DNA of 33,839 nucleotides from Kiritimatiellia bacterium (GTDB lineage Bacteria; Verrucomicrobiota; Kiritimatiellia; RFP12; UBA1067): NCBI GenBank assembly GCA_045220525.1, contig JBGUVV010000195.1, positions 1 to 33,839 of the forward strand, read 5' to 3'. Shown piece by piece: positions 7,881 to 16,111 of this stretch (position 1 is its first letter; each line of letters starts with the position of its first letter). The notes under the pieces were generated by a model. It saw only the letters and a program-made list of their open reading frames with translations, ran no database searches and was not told where the DNA came from. The position numbers and the translations under genes were made by a program.

Positions 7881-8198
7881 TTATTTGGAATCGTCGCCGA
7901 ATATCGTCTTCACGTAGTCCATGCGCCCATCAAGAATCCGGATGACGGAATACATATCCACGCCCTCAGAAAGGATTGCGATGGAGTACTTGCCACAGAG
8001 GAGATAGCGATATGGTGTGTCGCGGCCAATTTTTACAGAAAGAGGTCTTGCCAGCGAACGATGTCGTTTCAGAGTCGATATGTCAGATACGATCTTCGCG
8101 ATCGACTTTGCCGCCACGACTGCCCCAAACTCCATGGTCAAGTAGGCCTTGAGCTCACGCAGGTCATTCGTCGCCGATGGGGAGTAGCGTATCTTCAT
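7881..8198 (-). CDS. RelE/ParE-family type II toxin
   Basis: I place the start at ATG 8198 (MKIRYSPSATNDLRELKAYL...). It makes an ATGA overlap with the antitoxin stop. Length (105 aa) and sequence pattern are typical of ParE-like toxins. Confidence 0.7.
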   Translation of the reverse strand: MKIRYSPSATNDLRELKAYLTMEFGAVVAAKSIAKIVSDISTLKRHRSLARPLSVKIGRDTPYRYLLCGKYSIAILSEGVDMYSVIRILDGRMDYVKTIFGDDSK

Positions 8199-8509
8199 AA
8201 ACGCGCTCCAAACTCGGCGAGAACATCTTCCTCGTCTATCCATCCACCGTTCGCGGCAGATTCCTCGCCCGAAGCGATCTCCGCCATCAGCCTATTGACG
8301 GCCTGTTCGTGCTTCGCCGCCCTGGACTTCCTGGTGACAACGAACGGAAGGCCATCGACATTGATAGACTGCTGTATGAAGATGTTGATTGCATCCGTGA
8401 GCGTAAGCCCGCAACCTGCATACACGGCCTCGGCCTGCTCCCGCACCTTGGGGTTTATACGGAACTGGAACGTCGCGGTCTTTGGCATCGTTGCAACTGT
8501 GCTTGTCAT
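8195..8509 (-). CDS. RelB/DinJ-family type II antitoxin
   Basis: 104 aa. The N-terminal ribbon-helix-helix-like segment FQFRINPKVREQAEAVYAGCGLTLTDAINIFIQQSINVDGLPF resembles DinJ. An AAGGAG site lies 8 nt upstream of the ATG. Confidence 0.7.
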   Translation of the reverse strand: MTSTVATMPKTATFQFRINPKVREQAEAVYAGCGLTLTDAINIFIQQSINVDGLPFVVTRKSRAAKHEQAVNRLMAEIASGEESAANGGWIDEEDVLAEFGARL

Positions 8510-8557
8510 AGATGGACTCCTTTGAGTTTACAGCAGATATTTTACCATATCTTGTAG

Positions 8558-8579
8558 TGACAATGCAAATGCATTGTCA
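8558..8579. promoter_or_regulatory. Perfect 10-bp inverted repeat (TGACAATGCA-aa-TGCATTGTCA); likely relB/parE operator overlapping the promoter
   Basis: Read directly, 49 nt upstream of the antitoxin ATG. A possible TTGCAT-N18-TAAAAT promoter on the reverse strand overlaps it. Confidence 0.5.
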
Positions 8580-8623
8580 AAGCCCATCAATGCCTGGCGC
8601 TACTAGCCTTCGACCTCACGCTA

Positions 8624-8956
8624 TCAATTCTTCTGCAATCCGATTCGCGCTGCAATAACAATCAAGAGCATACCGTTCATAATAAACAGCATCGAGACGC
8701 AGAAGCCGAGAACGCAGACAAAGCCACACCAGAGAACTGCGGAATGGTCGCCATCCTCCAGCATCTGCATGACATGCCGGAGCGATTCGACGGTCTCCGA
8801 CATTGCAAGCATGGTCTTCTCGTGTCCGTCAGCGCGGTACGCCTTGATAGTTCTGCTCTGCTCCTTCAACACCGCCGAAACAGATACGACATCCTTGCCG
8901 ACATTATTCCGACTTTCTTGTCCACGTCGTTTTATCGGTTCCAATACTTGGCGCAT
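8624..8956 (-). CDS. Small hypothetical protein with a C-terminal TM helix (start uncertain)
   Basis: The track ORF is 8624-9055. Its 5' part overlaps the upstream lipoprotein gene, so an internal Met (8956) or a later start is more likely. The hydrophobic C-terminus reads VLWCGFVCVLGFCVSMLFIMNGMLLIVIAA. No family was recognised. Confidence 0.3.
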   Translation of the reverse strand: MRQVLEPIKRRGQESRNNVGKDVVSVSAVLKEQSRTIKAYRADGHEKTMLAMSETVESLRHVMQMLEDGDHSAVLWCGFVCVLGFCVSMLFIMNGMLLIVIAARIGLQKN

Positions 8957-9635
8957 CGGCACCAGGGAAGCCACCCCAAAGCAAATCGAGAAAGTGGCCT
9001 TCCCCGCGAGCCGCATCAAACGCTTGACGTGTGATGTTGCCGCAACGATAGCCACCTATCTGCCAACACCGCCATGCCATCGAGCCACGATCCTTGTCCT
9101 CCGCCAACTGCTCCATATACCGCTCGGCAATGCCGATGTCATCGACATCCTTCGCCCAAAGTTCTACCTTGTCGCCATAGCCAGGCATCCCATCAAGCAC
9201 CATCCGCGCGACCTCCAGGTCATTTGTTGCCTTCGCTCCATCCCTCCCCGGAAGAGACTTCCGCATCACAACTCCATAACTCTCGCTATCGTCCACATAT
9301 CCTATTGCATCTTTTGGCCGACCGCCTTCATGCCCGACAAACCACCCGTAGTCGTACTGCTTGATTGTACCCCGCTTGTCGTTCGTCACCAATGACGCAT
9401 GCCCGACATTGGGATGCCAGCCACATATAGACACCGCCAAGCAATTCTCTGAGAAACTCACGAAATAGATCCGCCCTGGCTTCGCGACCACCCCATCCGG
9501 AAGCGTCCGCGCCGCCTCCGCCCGCTTTGCATACCTGTAGTGCGAATGCGACAGGCAACCCGACGTCACCCCAGCCGCCATCAGGCACAACACAAGCCTA
9601 CAAGCCACCCACAAAACCTTATACAAATTCTTCAT
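8904..9635 (-). CDS. Putative lipoprotein of unknown function with conserved-looking His and Cys motifs
   Basis: 243 aa with a lipobox-like signal (LCLMAAGVTSGC). The motifs NVGHASLV and YRCGNITRQAF are vaguely reminiscent of permuted papain-fold (PPPDE-like) peptidases. That fold assignment is weak. Confidence 0.55.
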   Translation of the reverse strand: MKNLYKVLWVACRLVLCLMAAGVTSGCLSHSHYRYAKRAEAARTLPDGVVAKPGRIYFVSFSENCLAVSICGWHPNVGHASLVTNDKRGTIKQYDYGWFVGHEGGRPKDAIGYVDDSESYGVVMRKSLPGRDGAKATNDLEVARMVLDGMPGYGDKVELWAKDVDDIGIAERYMEQLAEDKDRGSMAWRCWQIGGYRCGNITRQAFDAARGEGHFLDLLWGGFPGADAPSIGTDKTTWTRKSE

Positions 9636-9648
9636 TGTCTAAGACAAT

Positions 9649-9891
9649 TCAAGCACGAACAATTTTGAACCCCATCTTGCAAATCAACTTTAGCGTTGAA
9701 ATCACGGTGTGGCGGTCGTAATCTTTTTCAGCCTCCGACAAGTCGGAATATGGAACTAGGCATGGATGCCGCTTGTTCGACTCATCACGAATCGCACCAT
9801 ATTTCCACCCCGCATCTACACGCCCCCTTGCCCATGTTTCATGTACGTTTTCTGCAAGCGCCTCAAGATGCGGCGTCAGCGTCTCTGGCAA
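9649..9891 (-). CDS. Stand-alone RyR (ryanodine-receptor repeat) domain protein
   Basis: 80 aa. LAENVHETWARGRVDAGWKYGAIRDESNKRHPCLVPYSDLSEAEKDYDRHTV matches the bacterial RyR-domain signature (HE.WA...GW.YG...D...K.HP.LVPY..L.E.EK.YDR) as I remember it. Confidence 0.75.
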   Translation of the reverse strand: MPETLTPHLEALAENVHETWARGRVDAGWKYGAIRDESNKRHPCLVPYSDLSEAEKDYDRHTVISTLKLICKMGFKIVRA

Positions 9892-9948
9892 AACTACATC
9901 GGATGTATCAATAGGGCTTGGTGAATATGTTTGCTTATCCTCGGAGAT

Positions 9949-10443
9949 TCATCTTTTCGACTTCTTCCCCGCGCTTCGCCCACCACACCCCTTCAGCAAC
10001 TCTTGAATAAGGCGGCCAAAGATGTGCCCGTGAGTATATGCCAACGTCTCGCTGCCCGCAGGCTCGACCTCTGCGCCTACGTTATACAGCATGACCTGAG
10101 CGACATGCAACGACTCATGGCACAGCGTCAGCATGTCGTCCAGAAGGCACGGGCGAAAACTGCCCAGTCTTATGATGAAGTCGTTAAGACCACAAACTCG
10201 AACGGCGGCAAAGGCCTTCGGATGCTTCTCCTGGAAATGCTCTATTTCCTCAAGCACTTCAGGGTTATCCTTGAATCGCACACGTCCACTCTTGATTAGC
10301 TCATCAATGCTTCCAACAAAAAGATATACCGTCGAGTTCCACATCTTTACATGTACCTTGAACCAACCAGTCACGGTATCGTCTATAGTTGTATGTGTCA
10401 AGTTCTGCTCCACACCGTCTATCACTACTTTCGTACGCTTCAT
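9949..10443 (-). CDS. Hypothetical protein with an HExxH motif (possible zinc metallopeptidase)
   Basis: 164 aa with LTLCHESLHVAQ, and a strong AAAGGAG site upstream. No family was recognised beyond the motif. Confidence 0.5.
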   Translation of the reverse strand: MKRTKVVIDGVEQNLTHTTIDDTVTGWFKVHVKMWNSTVYLFVGSIDELIKSGRVRFKDNPEVLEEIEHFQEKHPKAFAAVRVCGLNDFIIRLGSFRPCLLDDMLTLCHESLHVAQVMLYNVGAEVEPAGSETLAYTHGHIFGRLIQELLKGCGGRSAGKKSKR

Positions 10444-10511
10444 AAAGAACTCCTTTTTAAATGGTTATTGACTTACCTTTTTTTTTCAAAGGCTCATCAC
10501 ATACTTTGCCT

Positions 10512-12053
10512 TCAACTGGTGGCTTTCCTTAAGACAAATCTTCTGGAAAGTTCCTCTCCACGCCTTAGCACATCCTCACGACACTGCCGCTCACATTCAT
10601 CCACCGTGCTGTAAAGCGTTTGCGACAACTTCTTCGGAATTACTTTCGTGGCCTTGTACACATCCCAACCCGTCCATGCCGTGCAACCGGCAATTGAAAT
10701 GGCGGCAATAGCGTCTAAAATGGGCAGTGGCCCATCCACAACCGCAGCCCCAGCACCGGCCACCATCGTTCCCGCCTGCCGCGCAGCGGCTTTCCCGAGG
10801 ATTCGCGCGATGACCGAAACAGTATGCCGCACACAGATTGCCTCAAACGCAACCGCAACGCCCGCATCCCGTTGCGATAATGATTGTTCTCTTTTGGCTG
10901 CGTTGATGCGAGTTTCGCATGCTTCCAACAGCTCTTTAAATTCCTTATCGCCCTGCAAGCCTTTGGACACGAGTTTTCTCTCCAACTCCCCACGGAACTC
11001 CTTTGAATCCTGCTCAAGGTTGCCCTTCAAACGATCAAGACATCCAGAGACGGCATCGCTCGCCGCATACAAGCCTCGATAGTAATCCGCCTCTAGACTA
11101 TTCTTTATCTCGTTCTCAGTCCGCTTGCCATCTTTCATTTTATCAAGAGTAATCGACTTTACTAGCGCGGCACACTTCGACATTGTACCGAACTTTGCTG
11201 CGACGCACGGGACATTGCAGCGGACTCTCCCAAAACGCTCCTTCGCAGTTGCATCAACGTCAGCACGAAAAGCGTTAAGATGGCGCTCAACGGCATTGTC
11301 GTACTTCTCACAGATTTCAGCCACTACATTTGCCCTATGAGGTTTGCTGACACCTGCGCGTCCATGGCTTTCGACTGCTCGCCATATTCCAAGCGCCGTT
11401 AGGAGGACGAAGGCTCCAACTATCCACACGAGCGCACCTGTACTGGCATGGCCACCATGTGCCGCAACCATCTTAGACAAGTCTGGCTCATGCACAAGAC
11501 CTGCCATACGAAGCCTACGGGACACCGCAAGGCGAAGAAAGTTTCGTGCCAACACTAGAAACGGCCATACGAACCACGCTAAAACCACCATGATGAACAC
11601 ACCGGCGATTGAAATCACCGTCTTGGGAAGCGACAAAATCTCTCGTCCCAATTCCACCGCCGCATCTGGATTTTCCTCAACCGCCTTCCCGACACTCGCG
11701 CCCATCGTCTGGACACCGTCCGCAACCTCGTGGGTTCCGACAACAACCGCCGTCGCTCCGCCGACAGCAAGGATCTTTCCGGGCGTTACCTTCTCCGCGA
11801 TCCCGCCAGCAATGGCGCGGGCAGAAGCCTTTGCGGACTCGCGCTCTGCCGTCACCGCCGCCAGTGCAGATCCGCCGCGCACAAGCGCACGAGTGCCCGC
11901 TTCCGCCCCTGCCCGTACGCCAATCCTTTCAGCAGCCTCGCGTACGGCAATTTTTGCTGGCACCGCAAGCGGAGACGCCTCAGATACAATTGCAGCGACA
12001 ACCATTACAATCATTATAATTATCTTCATGTGTTTCTCCTTGATGTCTTTCAT
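10512..12053 (-). CDS. Multi-pass membrane protein of unknown function (Ala-rich N-terminal region, Cys-containing central soluble domain)
   Basis: I place the start at ATG 12053 (MKDIKEKHMKIIIMIVMVVAAIV). The track's GTG at 12074 lies inside motif D. There are several hydrophobic helices (IAGVFIMVVLAWFVWPFLVLA, ALVWIVGAFVLLTALGIW, PILDAIAAISIAGCTAW). Confidence 0.6.
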   Translation of the reverse strand: MKDIKEKHMKIIIMIVMVVAAIVSEASPLAVPAKIAVREAAERIGVRAGAEAGTRALVRGGSALAAVTAERESAKASARAIAGGIAEKVTPGKILAVGGATAVVVGTHEVADGVQTMGASVGKAVEENPDAAVELGREILSLPKTVISIAGVFIMVVLAWFVWPFLVLARNFLRLAVSRRLRMAGLVHEPDLSKMVAAHGGHASTGALVWIVGAFVLLTALGIWRAVESHGRAGVSKPHRANVVAEICEKYDNAVERHLNAFRADVDATAKERFGRVRCNVPCVAAKFGTMSKCAALVKSITLDKMKDGKRTENEIKNSLEADYYRGLYAASDAVSGCLDRLKGNLEQDSKEFRGELERKLVSKGLQGDKEFKELLEACETRINAAKREQSLSQRDAGVAVAFEAICVRHTVSVIARILGKAAARQAGTMVAGAGAAVVDGPLPILDAIAAISIAGCTAWTGWDVYKATKVIPKKLSQTLYSTVDECERQCREDVLRRGEELSRRFVLRKATS

Positions 12054-12077
12054 TGTTTGTTTGATTAACCGCACATT

Positions 12078-12109
12078 ATCCTATACGTCTCCATCCACAA
12101 TATCTGACA
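12078..12109 (-). promoter_or_regulatory. Bipartite motif copy D (TGTCAGAT-N14-CGTATAGGAT), upstream of the 513-aa membrane protein gene
   Basis: TGTCAGAT is at 12109-12102, the spacer at 12101-12088 and CGTATAGGAT at 12087-12078. It is followed by GCGGTTAATCAA and ATG 12053. Confidence 0.4.
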
Positions 12110-12521
12110 TCATACGTTCCGAACTCGTATGTTTCATAGCTTACCTGTACGATTCTATAAGCTACTCGTAACCAATAGTCAAATCTTACATCGAAAATTC
12201 AACTTTGCGCTATTGTCGCCGATAAGGACACGCTGTTGACACAGCCCTCACACTGCAAACTTCTTGACGGATGGTTGCTCCACTCATTGAAAGATACAGT
12301 GAAATGTCGCTTGAACATCCGCACAAACGCGGCCAATCAGATGTCAGACCCAGTACATATACATATCCGCCTCATTTAATGCAACAATTATGTCAAAACC
12401 CAAAGGCTGTATCAACAAGTGTCTAACCACCATCCAAGACATTGCACACATCCTCGCAAGTAAAACCTATTGTGCATGGTTCCTGATAAAGCATCTTACA
12501 TAATGTCCAAGTGCAACAGCG

Positions 12522-13568
12522 TCAGTCCATCGGCACATCAACCCTTAATAACTTGTCCAACAATACCTTTTTATCCGAAACCCATTCTCCACATAGAGAA
12601 TCAGGGGTATAGCAAGAACAACTTTTCTTAAGTTCTAGATCATGTGCTCGCTGAAAAAATCCGTCGTAGGAACAGATATTAATGGATGGCATCGTTAGTA
12701 ACAATATCTGGTAATCCACCCCATCATTCCTAGGTTCTATCCGATGCCCTCTATACCTGCAATGTTTCGCCGAAGAATCATAGTCAAGATCAGAAGCATG
12801 TTCAATTGCAAAACAAAATGGCAACGCCAATCTATCCACAATATCAACTGATGAAAAATGTCGTCGCCAATCCCGAAGCAACGAGTCGCACAATTGTTTT
12901 TTTTGTATCGTCTTAAGTTTCTCCACTAATTCTAATTGCGCGGCTCCCTGGGCACTTAATCGCGCCGTCTGTTCCTCCGTCAAACACCTCATTAGACAAT
13001 TTGAAAGTTGTTCGGTTTCCCAGATTCCATCTTTGCGTAAACTCGCTATTAATTCCTTCCAATAACAACAAGCCTTCTCAACTTCATTCTCAAACCTTGC
13101 ACGACACTCTGGCTTGTTATATGGGCTACTATCATAATTTATGAAATACTCATAAAGTTCCCTTGAAGTCACGCAGGTGAACTGATCACAACAACAATCT
13201 GACTCGTCATCATTTTGTTGAATACCTACAAGTTCATAAAGGGCGCCTCTCATTGGCAAGCAAGGAAACTCATGCCATATAATGGCATTCAACTTCGAAA
13301 CCATGTTTCCCCACTTTTCCCGTATGTCATTGATCGGATTATTATAGCATTCTAAATGTTCACCAATACAAACTTCTGGAATCGAGAACTTAACACCTGC
13401 CTTACTCATCTCCATGAATTGACGATACCAACATGGCTCAGGTTCTTTTTCAAGAGCACTTAGAATGTTGGTGTCCAACGCAACAACACATTCGCCAGAA
13501 AGCAAATGCCGAATCTCTTCGACATGTCTATCTCTTCGTTTAACACGCCTTTTCTCATCCGTGTGCAT
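12522..13568 (-). CDS. Cys-rich hypothetical protein with a PIN-like N-terminal motif (possible nuclease)
   Basis: I prefer the start at MHTDEKRRVKRR (13568) over the track's 13625. VVALDTNILSALEKE resembles the first acidic PIN motif, and NDGVDYQILLL may be a late one. The gene lies inside the AT-rich island, divergent from the radical-SAM operon. Confidence 0.4.
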   Translation of the reverse strand: MHTDEKRRVKRRDRHVEEIRHLLSGECVVALDTNILSALEKEPEPCWYRQFMEMSKAGVKFSIPEVCIGEHLECYNNPINDIREKWGNMVSKLNAIIWHEFPCLPMRGALYELVGIQQNDDESDCCCDQFTCVTSRELYEYFINYDSSPYNKPECRARFENEVEKACCYWKELIASLRKDGIWETEQLSNCLMRCLTEEQTARLSAQGAAQLELVEKLKTIQKKQLCDSLLRDWRRHFSSVDIVDRLALPFCFAIEHASDLDYDSSAKHCRYRGHRIEPRNDGVDYQILLLTMPSINICSYDGFFQRAHDLELKKSCSCYTPDSLCGEWVSDKKVLLDKLLRVDVPMD

Positions 13569-13751
13569 TTTTATCTCCGAAGTCAAACTAGCCAGCAGCC
13601 CAACACAACACCCGTTGCATAGCATAGTCTGGCAAGTGTTTTAATTGCAGGTAGTATAGCAGATTTCCGTTAGACATGTAAAGGGTGTCAAAGCCACTAG
13701 TTTTGTAATTTCTGACAGGCGCGTCCAGGGCTACCTTATCATCCAATTTTT

Positions 13752-13760
13752 TGATATAAT
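13752..13760 (+). promoter_or_regulatory. Extended -10 promoter candidate (TGATATAAT) for the precursor / radical-SAM operon
   Basis: Read directly. It lies about 38 nt upstream of ATG 13798. The -35 region is poor (tacctt), as is common for extended -10 promoters. Confidence 0.35.
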
Positions 13761-13797
13761 ACGCATCAAGCAAAACCTTGAAAGGACGGCTAAAACA

Positions 13798-13977
13798 ATG
13801 AATCTCGTACACGACGATATAATGCTCACACCATCACAAGAGGAAGTTCAGCCGAAGTCTTACACTAAAGCAGAACTATCTAAACTTCGTGAGTTTGTCG
13901 ACATCCTTAAAAAGGACGAGTCGCGCTCTGCTCTTGCCTGTTGGGGTAATTATGACGATTATAACCACGGGTATTGA
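13798..13977 (+). CDS. Unannotated 59-aa ORF; candidate RiPP precursor peptide with the C-terminal core CWGNYDDYNHGY
   Basis: My translation is MNLVHDDIMLTPSQEEVQPKSYTKAELSKLREFVDILKKDESRSALACWGNYDDYNHGY*. It falls just under the track's 60-aa cutoff. An AAAGGA site lies 11 nt upstream. An alternative start at 13822 would give 51 aa. It is on the same strand as the radical-SAM/SPASM gene and ends 98 nt upstream of it. Confidence 0.45.
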   Translation: MNLVHDDIMLTPSQEEVQPKSYTKAELSKLREFVDILKKDESRSALACWGNYDDYNHGY

Positions 13978-14018
13978 TGGCCATCCCCTGAGATTCGACA
14001 TAGTTCTTGGAATCATCG

Positions 14019-14041
14019 CTTGATCTGGACTTCGGATCAAG
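14019..14041 (+). terminator. Hairpin between the precursor ORF and the first radical-SAM gene (possible attenuator or partial terminator)
   Basis: cttgatc-tggacttcg-gatcaag forms a 7-bp stem, extendable with G-U and G-C pairs. It is followed by gagggtttgttgtg, which is only weakly T-rich. Confidence 0.3.
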
Positions 14042-14075
14042 AGGGTTTGTTGTGCATTCACAAGACAGCTACGCC

Positions 14076-15230
14076 ATGAAATTGCAGAAGACTTTTATCG
14101 TTAAGCCTAACATGAATTGTAATCTGCGATGCAGGTACTGCTACGAATTCAATAAAAATGGGGATTGCTACAATAATTCGCTATTGAGCATTGACGAAAT
14201 TTCATCGTTCATCTATAGAGTTTCAAAGTTATTCCCTGATTCAAGAATCCTCTGGCTGCTACATGGAGGAGAACCGCTTATCAATGGCGGAAGATTTTTA
14301 GCGGAATTTATCACAAGAGTAAGGCAAGCTAGAGCTTCAAGCGGGGTAGACTTTCAACTTGCACTTCAGACAAATGGGACGTTGATCACAGAAGAGATAG
14401 TCAAGATACTAGAAGATAATATTGATTTATTAAGCGAAAGAGTTGTCAGCGTGAGCATTGATGGGCCTCAACGCGTAAATGACCAGGTGCGCGTGACAAT
14501 GCAGGGGCGATCCTCTTATGAACCAGTGTTGAAGGGAATCGAGTGCATTAGGAACTCAAAGTTAGACTTTTCAACTATTAGCGTCATTGGGGCGCATAAC
14601 GTTTCTCATGCCGAAGAAGTGTATGCGTTCATGAAATCTATAGGCGCAAGGCTTTGTAAGTTTATACCGTGTTACAACTTCTCTGCACAAGGTGTCCCGG
14701 AGCGCTTTGGTGTAAGCCCAATCGAGTATGCTGAGTTTATCTGCAAGATATTCGATCTATGGCTTCAAGACCTCCCAAACACCCCTAAGGAAAAATGGCT
14801 GGTGATTGATCCAATAGCTACCGTCGTGGCGAAACTATCCAATGTCTTTGTCACGTGGTGTGAATTCCGAGATGAGAAGTGTGACAATTTTGTTTGCCTT
14901 TATCCTGATGGCGAACTTTGGTTGTGCGACACTATGGATCACGCGACCATGCGAGACGTTGGTTTCATTGGCAATATAAAAACATTGTCCGACTCTGAAT
15001 TTGTAAAAGCCGTGTCTTCGCCATGTGCGGTTTGCAAGTTCCACGAGTTCTACGACAGGATGCTTAGGAAGTGTCGGGAATGCGATATATATGCGCTGTG
15101 CAAAGGCGGCTGCTTACCCATGCGCGACATACTCAAGGGAAAATCTGAAAGCTTGTTTACTGATTATTGCACAGCAAAGCATATGATTTTTAGGCACATG
15201 AAGCGAGCGACCGACTATGCATTGTCTTAA
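14076..15230 (+). CDS. Radical SAM enzyme with a C-terminal SPASM domain (anSME/peptide-maturase type)
   Basis: KPNMNCNLRCRYCYE carries the CxxxCxxC motif, and GGEPL and QTNG are present. The C-terminal CLYPDGELWLC (G-x4-C) plus CRECDIYALCKGGC (CxxCx5Cx3C) form the SPASM signature. I prefer the start at ATG 14076 (MKLQKTFIVKPN); the track's start is 14007. Confidence 0.85.
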   Translation: MKLQKTFIVKPNMNCNLRCRYCYEFNKNGDCYNNSLLSIDEISSFIYRVSKLFPDSRILWLLHGGEPLINGGRFLAEFITRVRQARASSGVDFQLALQTNGTLITEEIVKILEDNIDLLSERVVSVSIDGPQRVNDQVRVTMQGRSSYEPVLKGIECIRNSKLDFSTISVIGAHNVSHAEEVYAFMKSIGARLCKFIPCYNFSAQGVPERFGVSPIEYAEFICKIFDLWLQDLPNTPKEKWLVIDPIATVVAKLSNVFVTWCEFRDEKCDNFVCLYPDGELWLCDTMDHATMRDVGFIGNIKTLSDSEFVKAVSSPCAVCKFHEFYDRMLRKCRECDIYALCKGGCLPMRDILKGKSESLFTDYCTAKHMIFRHMKRATDYALS

Positions 15231-16101
15231 CCTAAAGATTACATACCAATGCACTAACAATTGTAGTTTCTGCTTCTCCTCTTACCTTGCGAATGAGCAG
15301 ATATCAGTCAATGGGCTGGTAAAAGCGATTGTTGACGGCCGTTCTCGCGGATGCAAAGAACTTGTAATTTCAGGGGGAGAACCAACGCTCCTTCCAGATG
15401 TCATTGAAAAGACCCTTGCCTTAGCGTCCGATTTGGGTTATACGAAATACATCATCCAGACCAATGGAAGTGGCCTTTCGGACTATCCCGATCTAGTCCA
15501 ATTCCTAAAAGAATTCTCGACGAAGAACGACATCTGCATTTCATTCTCTATCCACGGTGCAGACGCAGAAGTACATGATAAACTATGTTCGAAACAGGGG
15601 GCTTTCAACAAATTGATTGACGGGATAAAAAAGATTTCTAAAACGGACTGCAGCATCTATACCAATACGGTGATTTCACGTTTGAACATTATGAACTTGC
15701 GAGAAATTGCAACGCTTATATTGCCGTTTCGTCCCAAAGTCATCCAGTTTTCCATGATGCATTTAAAAGTCCCTTCGGATATTTCAACTGGTCTGATGGA
15801 GGCGGTTAAGGCTGTTCGTACTATGGCGACCATTGTTCCTCGTGATGTGTTGCGAACCGAGGGGATCCCCTACTGTCTGATGCATGGCATTGAATCATGT
15901 GTAGGCGAAAGTTTCTGGCCTGACAAACTTGACCTGTACAACAAGAACGGTGATTATCTCAGTGACTTCAGGCAACTTGATGTGGGCATGAGATGGAAAA
16001 GCACAGGGTGCCAAGGGTGTGTCATGAACGAGGTTTGCATGGGGATTTGGAAAGAGCATGCTCAAGAGTTTATACAAGCTGGAATCAGACCAATATCCTA
16101 G
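15217..16101 (+). CDS. Second radical SAM enzyme with a shortened (twitch-like) auxiliary Cys motif
   Basis: 294 aa. YQCTNNCSFCF carries CxxxCxxC, and SGGEPTL and QTNGSG are present. The C-terminal CQGCVMNEVC is CxxCx5C without the fourth Cys. It overlaps the upstream gene by 14 nt. Confidence 0.8.
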   Translation: MHCLNLKITYQCTNNCSFCFSSYLANEQISVNGLVKAIVDGRSRGCKELVISGGEPTLLPDVIEKTLALASDLGYTKYIIQTNGSGLSDYPDLVQFLKEFSTKNDICISFSIHGADAEVHDKLCSKQGAFNKLIDGIKKISKTDCSIYTNTVISRLNIMNLREIATLILPFRPKVIQFSMMHLKVPSDISTGLMEAVKAVRTMATIVPRDVLRTEGIPYCLMHGIESCVGESFWPDKLDLYNKNGDYLSDFRQLDVGMRWKSTGCQGCVMNEVCMGIWKEHAQEFIQAGIRPIS

Positions 16102-16111
16102 GCGATTGAAT

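Noticed and set aside
12197-12520. Possible mobile-element remnants at the island edges: a 36-aa ORF (MVAPLIERYSEMSLEHPHKRGQ...) near 12270-12380, and a 40-aa ORF (MIYYAQISRAETLRSWEASDG...) on the reverse strand near 21380-21500.
   Set aside because: I cannot recognise either as a transposase or integrase fragment, and I saw no terminal inverted or direct repeats. A database search would be needed.
13588-14061. Minus-strand ORFs 13588-13812 (74 aa) and 13876-14061 (61 aa).
   Set aside because: They lie antisense to the promoter, short ORF and hairpin region of the plus-strand operon. They have no RBS or recognisable motifs. They cannot be excluded experimentally, but they are less parsimonious than the plus-strand precursor ORF.
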